NCBI GenBank assembly: GCA_017402995.1
Contig: JAFQOV010000004.1
Location: 54,485-118,484 of the forward strand
Source of the DNA: Candidatus Gastranaerophilales bacterium
Lineage (GTDB): Bacteria; Cyanobacteriota; Vampirovibrionia; Gastranaerophilales; Gastranaerophilaceae
Direction: 5' to 3'
Length of the DNA: 64,000 nt
Part shown: positions 16,166 to 23,207 of the stretch, piece after piece
How the letters are laid out: the number at the start of each line of letters is the position of its first letter
Position numbering within the stretch: position 1 is the stretch's first letter
Program-made: the position numbers and the translations under genes
Notes under the pieces: model-generated
Databases searched by the model: none
What the model saw: the letters and a program-made list of their open reading frames with translations, nothing else
Told to the model about the DNA's origin: nothing

Positions 16166-19100
16166 TTTCCTTCTTTCACTCTTTCGATTTCGTCCAAGAT
16201 TTCTTTTTCAAGTTCTAATAACACTTTTTGTTTTTCTTCTGGTTGTCTTTCTCTCCAAGCGTTTAGCTCTTGAATAAAATCTTCTGATGGAACAAGGCAC
16301 TCGCCTGTTGCAACTTTAGAATAATATTTTTGAGTAAACTCTAAAATGAAATCTTTATAAGCTTTAATGATATCGTCAGATATGAATTTTGCGCTTTTGT
16401 GCAATGAATCGATATCTTGTTCGATATGTCTCATTTTTTCTTCTGATACATCAGGCGAACCAAGAGAATTTCTTCTGATATGGCGAACACCTGTTTTTGG
16501 ACCCATACCCATATCTAAAACAGCGCTTCTTGCGGTGCTTTCGGCTGAGCGCATATCAGCTGTAATACCCCAAGAACCAGACATTCCATAAATTTCTTTT
16601 TCGGCTGAATGTCCGCCATATGCACAAATCATGTCTGTAAAAATGCGCTCAAAGCCATATTCATGGTTATTTGGGTCTTTATAATACATTGCGCCACCAT
16701 AATTTGCCCTTGGGTCAAGCGTGATGAAATTCACCATGCTTGGTAAGCGCCATTCAATGTTTTGTTTTTGTGCAATTTCATACATAATTTGAAGAGCAAT
16801 TGCGTGTCCTGCTTCGTGCGAAGCAACAACTTTTTTGGTTGATTCCGGAATCATTGCTTTGTTTGGGCGACCAGATGTTGTTCTTAAAAACGCTTCGATA
16901 AATTCATTTTCGCCGATTTTATCTTTACCTTCTTCAACCATAACGCCTTTTGCAGTTTCAAGCAAATACATTAAATCTACGACAGTGAAACCTTTTGTTG
17001 TTTCAGAGATATCTCTGAGTATTTTGTCTTTTTCTTCTTGTGTTTCGCCTTCGACCTCGATACCCATTTTATTGATGTAATATTCAATGACCTCTTTTCT
17101 TTCGTGAGGGTCTTGTGGTGGGAAAACAATAATTGAATTTAAAAATTTATATGGCTTCATGATGTTTTCATCTAACAATTCTGGCATGTTCATTGAACCA
17201 ATGACGATTAAATTGATGTCTTCATTTTTTCTTGCGTTTTCCATTTCCAAAAGTAATTGTGAAAATGCTTTTTGTTCATATATTGAAGACACGCCATACA
17301 GTGGGTTTGAAGCAAAATTATCAAAGTTTTCAATGAAAATCATTGCGGTTTTGTTTTGGTTTGCTTCAGCTTGTGCTTTTGCTAAAGAAACGATTTTTTT
17401 GATTTTCATTTCCGAATAGTTTGCATTTTGAGATAAGGTATCTATATCTTTTAAGGCATAATCTTGCGCGTTAATTGTAATCATTGGGATTCCAGCCTCG
17501 CCTGCGATAGCTTGGGCTGTGTGTTTTCTTCCGCCACCATATGATGTACCATTATCTAAAAATATGCTATAACCTTTTGTGCCAACAGTTTTAGATTTAA
17601 TTTGGTTAATTAAAGCCTCTGCGTCTGCTTTTGTCATTGGGCTTCCGACAATATCTGTCAATCTTTTTCCTGTGTCAAAAATGACGCTTGTGCCATCACT
17701 TGAGTTATTAACTTCTGATAAACCTCTGGTTTCGTTTGTGAATTTTTCGAGGTCTTCTTCTGTAATTTCTTCTTTGTCTATGAAATATTTTTTCGCGCTT
17801 GATAATAAATTAACTGCTTTTCCTGGGTAATTTCCATCTTCTTGCGCTGTTAGTTCAATCGCTTTAATGATTGTTTTTTTTGAAAAACTTCCTTTTGTCT
17901 CATTTTCAACATATTTAAGACCATTTTCATCTGTTAAGAAGTTAATCGCGTCTGAAGCATTTAAAGATGGTAATGTTTGAACAGCATAGTGCGAAAGTGG
18001 ATAAGCCAAACTTGCTGTTTTTGCTGTGTTTGCATAATATGATTCAGGAGTGATTGTGAAAACAAGGCGAACGTTTCGATTGTCGCCTTCAATATGTTTT
18101 GTTTCGTTGATAAGAGTTTTTATATCTTCTTCGTTTAAATAGCCGTTTTGATTTTTAATTAAATCAATCATATTTGCAATGAAAACAACAGTTTTGTCTT
18201 TATATTCTGGGTTTGTTTTTGCGTCTTTTACAACTTTGTTCAAAAAGTCAAATGAACCAAGGTTGTTAAGTTCAATAATTTCTGTATTTTCTGGGTCAAT
18301 ATTTTTATAGACTTGTCCTGGTTTATTAATTAAATTAATAAAACTTGAGATTAAATATTTTGAAGATTCTCTGTCATCAGCCGAATAGATGCAGATTGCG
18401 TCGTTTCCAATGCTCAAGTTTTTCCAAATAGCGTCTGCTTTTTCGTCATAAAATTTAAGGTGATTTTTTTCTTTTTTCGCCTTGTCTTCAACCATTATTG
18501 CAGCTTGGATATCTTTCACAAAGTTCTTAGCTTCTTTTACAAGTTTTTTATCTTTTGAAAAATGTGCCATTGTATGAAAATAGCTGTCAAAGAAATTGTT
18601 TGTTTGAAGCTCGTTTGCTAAAACGTCATATGTTTCAACAAGGTCTTCGATTGCTTCTTTTGTTGGTTGAGGGGTTGATAAAAATGGAATTTTGATTTTT
18701 CTTGTATTTTCTTCTGAGGTAAAATTTGCCTTAACCGGAGTGATGTGTTTGTCTACAACAGCTTCGATTTTTGCCCTTTGTTTTTCGTTTCCGAAAAGAT
18801 TACAGCTTTGCGAAATTAATGTTTCAACTTCAAATGGAAGCTTTAATCTTCTTTCTTCTTCGTGTTTTACAACGCCATTATTAAGATTTGTGATATATTC
18901 TTTTAAACTTTCTAAAGATGCAAGATAAAAATGCCAAGATTCAATCTCTTTAGCACCTGTAGCTTTTGCATATTCTTGCGCTTTTTCATATACATCATCT
19001 GCTTCTGGGGTGAAATTTGCTTTCATGTCGCGTAAGTTTTTGACATCAGAGCGGTCTTTTTTGGTACCCATAAAAGCAAGTTTAGTGTAATCATTAGTAA

Positions 19101-19203
19101 GTTCTATTGAATTTGTAACTGTGTTTTTAGGTTTTTGATTAAAAGCTTCTTTTTTTGTTGTTAAAGCTTGATTTTTATAGGGTGTAATGGCGTTAATTTT
19201 CAT
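16162..19203 (-). CDS. cytosolic FtsH-like M41 metalloprotease fused to two degenerate AAA+ modules (Clp-D1-like and FtsH-like)
   Basis: HEAGHAI at 16804-16818. FtsH-type block AQAIAGEAGIPM is preceded by GTSYGGGRKHT in place of GPPGTGKT. MIFIENFD replaces the Walker B IIFIDEID. Aa 265-470 resemble ClpA/B D1 (PGKAVNLLSSA vs PDKAIDLIDEA). No TM helices. Confidence 0.7.
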   Translation of the reverse strand: MKINAITPYKNQALTTKKEAFNQKPKNTVTNSIELTNDYTKLAFMGTKKDRSDVKNLRDMKANFTPEADDVYEKAQEYAKATGAKEIESWHFYLASLESLKEYITNLNNGVVKHEEERRLKLPFEVETLISQSCNLFGNEKQRAKIEAVVDKHITPVKANFTSEENTRKIKIPFLSTPQPTKEAIEDLVETYDVLANELQTNNFFDSYFHTMAHFSKDKKLVKEAKNFVKDIQAAIMVEDKAKKEKNHLKFYDEKADAIWKNLSIGNDAICIYSADDRESSKYLISSFINLINKPGQVYKNIDPENTEIIELNNLGSFDFLNKVVKDAKTNPEYKDKTVVFIANMIDLIKNQNGYLNEEDIKTLINETKHIEGDNRNVRLVFTITPESYYANTAKTASLAYPLSHYAVQTLPSLNASDAINFLTDENGLKYVENETKGSFSKKTIIKAIELTAQEDGNYPGKAVNLLSSAKKYFIDKEEITEEDLEKFTNETRGLSEVNNSSDGTSVIFDTGKRLTDIVGSPMTKADAEALINQIKSKTVGTKGYSIFLDNGTSYGGGRKHTAQAIAGEAGIPMITINAQDYALKDIDTLSQNANYSEMKIKKIVSLAKAQAEANQNKTAMIFIENFDNFASNPLYGVSSIYEQKAFSQLLLEMENARKNEDINLIVIGSMNMPELLDENIMKPYKFLNSIIVFPPQDPHERKEVIEYYINKMGIEVEGETQEEKDKILRDISETTKGFTVVDLMYLLETAKGVMVEEGKDKIGENEFIEAFLRTTSGRPNKAMIPESTKKVVASHEAGHAIALQIMYEIAQKQNIEWRLPSMVNFITLDPRANYGGAMYYKDPNNHEYGFERIFTDMICAYGGHSAEKEIYGMSGSWGITADMRSAESTARSAVLDMGMGPKTGVRHIRRNSLGSPDVSEEKMRHIEQDIDSLHKSAKFISDDIIKAYKDFILEFTQKYYSKVATGECLVPSEDFIQELNAWRERQPEEKQKVLLELEKEILDEIERVKEGK

Positions 19204-19344
19204 TTAAAGACTTCCTCGCTTAAAATAGTTTGGAGGTATAAGTTTTGTGAAAAATAAATTTTGCTAAAAAGAATATATTCTTGTTACATTTTGTAATTTT
19301 TAAATAATATATTATAATTTTTTTGATTTTAAGTCTGGTTTAAA

Positions 19345-19713
19345 ATGGAAAAACAAACAAGAATTTCATACAATAAAGAGTTCAAAACTCGCGTCTTGCG
19401 AGCGTTTATAAGAGGGGAAGAGCTAAAAGAAATCTTTTTAAAATATAACCCTGATGTTGAAAAATGTTTAAAAAATGACAAAAAATATATTTTAAAATTG
19501 GTTAACAAATGGCGTCATAAATATTATTTAAAAAGAGAAGAATTATTTTTAACAAATCAAATTTTAACAGATGAAATTGTTCAACTGGAACTTCAAGCGC
19601 TTGAAAAAGTCAATGAAAACAACATTTTTGACCAACATTATGAATTTATGGAGCAAAAAAATTTAAGTAGAGAACAAGAATTAAAAATTCAAAAACAAGG
19701 CTTTAATCGTTGA
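19345..19713 (+). CDS. hypothetical protein, possible N-terminal HTH (IS3 OrfA-like ISYNKEFKTRVL)
   Basis: 122-aa ORF; resemblance is weak; no transposase catalytic ORF or inverted repeats nearby. Confidence 0.4.
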   Translation: MEKQTRISYNKEFKTRVLRAFIRGEELKEIFLKYNPDVEKCLKNDKKYILKLVNKWRHKYYLKREELFLTNQILTDEIVQLELQALEKVNENNIFDQHYEFMEQKNLSREQELKIQKQGFNR

Positions 19714-19829
19714 AAATACACTCAATATTAATTTTTTTTAAGTGATTTTAAAAGGGGTTTGACAAACAAATATTTTTTTGTTTTTATATATATACAGAGT
19801 CAAACGACAAATTGAGAAGGAGTTGCTAA

Positions 19830-20432
19830 ATGCAAGAAAATGAATTACCAAAAAATATGGGTAAAAAAATAGTTGATGCACTTAAGCAACAAGACTTTGA
19901 AAACGCAACTGAACTGGACAATGACAACTTAATCAACAGTTTTGATGATAGTGATGAAATCTCTTTTGATTCATTAGAAGAAACAAAAGAAGAAGCAACA
20001 GCTTTCAGCTTCAACACAAATTCAAAAGAATATCAACCTGTTTTTTCTGTTAGCGAAGAAGACGTTGCACAAGATTCTGACTTGAAATTATCTATCGAAA
20101 ACGAAGAAGATGTTGAAGAATTTGAAATGCCAAACAACATCAACGTTTTAAAAAGATTAATTTCTCAATTGCCTACTGGTGTTCCAAGACAAACCGGTGC
20201 GCAAATCATTCGTCAAACAATCGAAGCATTGGGCATTCCAATGAAAACTGTTTTGCAAGACGCTCAAAGAGTACGTGATTGTTTAAACAGCTCAATCAAA
20301 GATTGTAACTATACAATTCAAGAATACAAAAGCAATATCAGAACTCTTGAAAAACAAGCTACAAGCTATCAAAAACAATTAAATAAATTAAATGATATCA
20401 TTGGCTTGTTCGTATATGGCGAAAAAAAATAA
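19830..20432 (+). CDS. hypothetical acidic protein with C-terminal coiled coil
   Basis: 200 aa; RBS GAGAAGGAG; TTGACA-type promoter about 70 nt upstream. Confidence 0.5.
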   Translation: MQENELPKNMGKKIVDALKQQDFENATELDNDNLINSFDDSDEISFDSLEETKEEATAFSFNTNSKEYQPVFSVSEEDVAQDSDLKLSIENEEDVEEFEMPNNINVLKRLISQLPTGVPRQTGAQIIRQTIEALGIPMKTVLQDAQRVRDCLNSSIKDCNYTIQEYKSNIRTLEKQATSYQKQLNKLNDIIGLFVYGEKK

Positions 20433-20441
20433 GTCCATTAA

Positions 20442-20517
20442 GCCCCCATCGTCTAGAGGCCTAGGACAACACCCTTTCACGGTGTAGACAGCGATTCGAA
20501 TTCGCTTGGGGGTACCA
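20442..20517 (+). tRNA. tRNA-Glu (anticodon TTC), CCA encoded
   Basis: GCCCCCATCGTCTAGAGGCCTAGGACAACACCCTTTCACGGTGTAGACAGCGATTCGAATTCGCTTGGGGGTACCA. The anticodon loop is CTTTCAC and the D-loop is Glu-type TCTAGAGGCC. Confidence 0.9.
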
Positions 20518-20523
20518 TATAAT

Positions 20524-20555
20524 AAAAAAAGACCGCAATTGAGCGGTCTTTTTTA
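20524..20555 (+). terminator. rho-independent terminator after tRNA-Glu
   Basis: gaccgc-aattga-gcggtc followed by T6. Confidence 0.85.
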
Positions 20556-20728
20556 TTATATGTAAAGCAGCAACGAACAAATTATTCGCTTGGCGAATTT
20601 TGACTAGGGCGGAACAGAGCTTTAGCTCGTTGTGAGCCCGTATGTTTGAGAAAGTTGTTGGAGCGAAAATTTTGCTTTTGCAAAATTGAAGTGGAATACT
20701 AAACTTTCGAGTTGTCAAAATTCAAGAC

Positions 20729-20742
20729 GGGGTACCATATAA
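20729..20742 (+). repeat. direct repeat of the tRNA-Glu 3' end plus trailer (GGGGTACCATATAA; first copy at 20509-20522)
   Basis: 14/14 identity including 6 nt beyond CCA; each copy is followed within 30 nt by a terminator hairpin. Confidence 0.8.
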
Positions 20743-20747
20743 ATAAT

Positions 20748-20770
20748 AAGCGCCATTAGGCGCTTTTTTA
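20748..20770 (+). terminator. rho-independent terminator-like hairpin
   Basis: agcgcc-atta-ggcgct followed by T6. Confidence 0.75.
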
Positions 20771-20800
20771 GTGTTTAATTTTAGATTTTATAATTAATAA

Positions 20801-21118
20801 TTAATTAAAAGAAGAATATATACTATAAAGTAATAGAATTTCATCTTTGTTATTGGAATCTAAAATTTTCTGTATTTCATTCTTTATATATTTTAAATCT
20901 TTTTCTTTACTAAAATCGAAAAGTTCGTTCAATTCGACGTCAAGTGAATTTGCAATTTTAACCAATAAATCAAAAGAGGGGTTGGTTCTTGCAAGTTCTA
21001 ATTTTGAAATATGGTTTGTTGAATAATGTGTTTTTTCAGCGAGTTTTTCTTGAGTAAAACCTTTTTTGTTTCTTAAATATGCAATTCTTTTTCCTAATAA
21101 TATAAGTGATTGTTTCAT
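20801..21118 (-). CDS. XRE-family HTH transcriptional regulator (candidate R-M controller protein)
   Basis: LGKRIAYLRNKKGFTQEKLAEKTHYSTNHISKLELARTNPSFDLLVKIANSL is a classic Cro/C1 HTH; divergent from mod. Confidence 0.8.
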   Translation of the reverse strand: MKQSLILLGKRIAYLRNKKGFTQEKLAEKTHYSTNHISKLELARTNPSFDLLVKIANSLDVELNELFDFSKEKDLKYIKNEIQKILDSNNKDEILLLYSIYSSFN

Positions 21119-21171
21119 ATATACTCCTACTAATCATAGTAGTTGGAATTTAAGAAATATTACATTGAATG

Positions 21172-21212
21172 ACATGATTAATTCCAATCATGTTATAATC
21201 ATGCCATGATTA
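21172..21212. promoter_or_regulatory. two palindromic operator-like sites sharing the AATCATG half-site, flanking a TGnTATAAT extended -10
   Basis: ACATGATT-aattcc-AATCATGT (21172-21193); TAATCATG-c-CATGATTA (21196-21212); TGTTATAAT at 21191-21199. Confidence 0.6.
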
Positions 21213-21222
21213 GCTAGTAAAC

Positions 21223-23205
21223 ATGATAGGAATAGTAATGGTAGAAAGTTTAATTGAACAATTACCTAAAATTGTTGCCGAAGGCAAGAAGGAAGTTGAG
21301 CGTATAATGGAACGTTTGGAAAGCAATAATAAAATTACTCTTCAAACTAATGAATATGTTTTACCTATAAGAAAAGAAGCTAATTTATTTAAAGGTAGAT
21401 ACCAAGAAATAGATGGACAAAATTGGTTCAATAGGCTTTGTTATGGTGATAATCTTCTTGTTATGCAAGCTTTATTAAACGGTGACGGAGCGACAGGTTT
21501 ACCTTCTATGCGTGGTATGATTGATTTAATCTACATTGACCCACCTTATGATAGTAAAGCAGATTATAGAACCAAGATTACTCTTCCTGGTTGTGATATT
21601 GAACAAAAACCAAATGTTTTAGAACAATTTGCATATTCTGATACTTGGAAGGATGGAACAATTTCTTATTTAAAAATGATGTATCCTAGATTATATTTAA
21701 TGAGAGAATTGCTTTCAGAGCAAGGCGGTATATATGTGCATGTTGATTGGCACATCAGTCATTATATAAAAATATTACTAGACAACATATTTGAAAAATA
21801 TAATTTCAAAAACGAAATTGCTTGGCGAAGAGGTAATGCAAATACTAATACAAGTGCTAAACAGTACAGTCGTAATCATGATGTGATATTGTATTATTCA
21901 AAAAGTGAAAAAAACATTTTTTTAAGGCAATTTAAACCATATTCAGAAGCAACATTGAAAATGTATAAATATGATGATTTTGATGGAAGAGGCAAATATA
22001 GATTGCAAGAATTACGTGATTATTCCGAAGAAACAAGAAAGCTATTACGGCTTGAAAATAAAATTTATTTTAATGGAACAAAAGAGTATTTAAAGCAGTA
22101 TTTAACAGACAAAGAAGGCACTGCTCTGGATTCAATTTGGGAAGATATACCTTCATTACAAGGCAGTGGAAGCGAAAGATTGAATTATGCGACGCAAAAA
22201 CCAGAAAAATTATTAGAGCGAATAATAAAATCTTCTTCCAATGAAAATTCTATAGTAGCAGATTTTTTTGGAGGTTCTGGCACTACTGCAACAGTTGCAG
22301 AAAAACTTGGAAGAAGATGGATAACATCAGATTTTGGCAAGCCTGCAAATATGATTATGCGCAAACGGTTAATTGATAATGAAGCAAAACCATTCTTATA
22401 TCAAGCAGTTGGTGATTACCAAAGAGAAGTATTTACTTCCACAAAAGAATTTAAACGTGTTGGAGATTTATCACAAGTTGTATTAAATCTTTTTGGAGCA
22501 ATGCCATTTACAGACGAAAATTCTCCAAGAAATTTAGGTCAATTAAAAGGTTCAAGAACTTTAGTTTATGTCGATAGTCCTAATAAAATGACAGGAGCTT
22601 CAACCATCAAAAAAGCTCAAGAGTTAAAAGAAAGCTTTATGGGTGGTTGGGGCAAAGTTGTTATTCTGGGCTGGAATTTTACTTTTGATATTGCAACCGT
22701 ATTGAAAGATATTGATAGAACTCAAATAGAAGTTCTAGTTATACCACCAGATTTATTAAATAAGTTAGCTAAAAATTCAAGTTATCAACAATTGGTTAAA
22801 AACCAAACAGTTAGATTTGCTTCATTACAGTATTTGACGGTTAAAGAACCTGTAATTAACAACCTTACTTGCGATATTGAAGAACTTGAAATTGAATTAG
22901 ATAATTATGTATTACTATCACCAGATGCTTTGCCTCTTGATGATAAATATAAAGAGCAATTGCAAAATATTATGGCTAATGATCCACTGGCTTTAATTGA
23001 ATATTGGAGTGTGGATCCTGATTTTGATGGAGGAACCTTCAGAAGTAAATGGCAAGATTATCGTGAAAATACTCATAATGATGACGACCCATTGAGAGTT
23101 GTTAAAAAAGCGAAAATTCATGTTCCGAGAAAAGAGAATAGAATGATTTGCATAAAAGCTGTTGATGTTTTTGGTTTTGAAAGCGTTGTAATTAAGGAGG
23201 TATAG
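21223..23205 (+). CDS. mod: Type III restriction-modification DNA methyltransferase (Mod), beta-class N6A/N4C MTase
   Basis: Motif [12 protein letters not shown] precedes motif [21 protein letters not shown]. 660 aa. The stop is 2 nt before the res start. Confidence 0.85.
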   Translation: MIGIVMVESLIEQLPKIVAEGKKEVERIMERLESNNKITLQTNEYVLPIRKEANLFKGRYQEIDGQNWFNRLCYGDNLLVMQALLNGDGATGLPSMRGMIDLIYIDPPYDSKADYRTKITLPGCDIEQKPNVLEQFAYSDTWKDGTISYLKMMYPRLYLMRELLSEQGGIYVHVDWHISHYIKILLDNIFEKYNFKNEIAWRRGNANTNTSAKQYSRNHDVILYYSKSEKNIFLRQFKPYSEATLKMYKYDDFDGRGKYRLQELRDYSEETRKLLRLENKIYFNGTKEYLKQYLTDKEGTALDSIWEDIPSLQGSGSERLNYATQKPEKLLERIIKSSSNENSIVADFFGGSGTTATVAEKLGRRWITSDFGKPANMIMRKRLIDNEAKPFLYQAVGDYQREVFTSTKEFKRVGDLSQVVLNLFGAMPFTDENSPRNLGQLKGSRTLVYVDSPNKMTGASTIKKAQELKESFMGGWGKVVILGWNFTFDIATVLKDIDRTQIEVLVIPPDLLNKLAKNSSYQQLVKNQTVRFASLQYLTVKEPVINNLTCDIEELEIELDNYVLLSPDALPLDDKYKEQLQNIMANDPLALIEYWSVDPDFDGGTFRSKWQDYRENTHNDDDPLRVVKKAKIHVPRKENRMICIKAVDVFGFESVVIKEV

Positions 23206-23207
23206 AC

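Noticed and set aside
19345-19713. Possible IS3-family OrfA (ISYNKEFKTRVL resembles transposase HTH), hence an insertion sequence
   Set aside because: There is no OrfB/DDE gene, no frameshift site and no terminal inverted repeats nearby. The similarity is limited to a short HTH-like stretch.
20461-20718. 85-aa minus-strand ORF
   Set aside because: It overlaps tRNA-Glu and its terminator on the opposite strand. It has no RBS and lies in a structured non-coding region.
22262-22268. T7 homopolymer in mod (and T7 in res near 23506) as phase-variation tracts
   Set aside because: The runs are short and common in a genome this AT-rich. The one in mod encodes the conserved FFGG of motif I. There are no long simple-sequence repeats like those in known phase-variable Type III mod genes.
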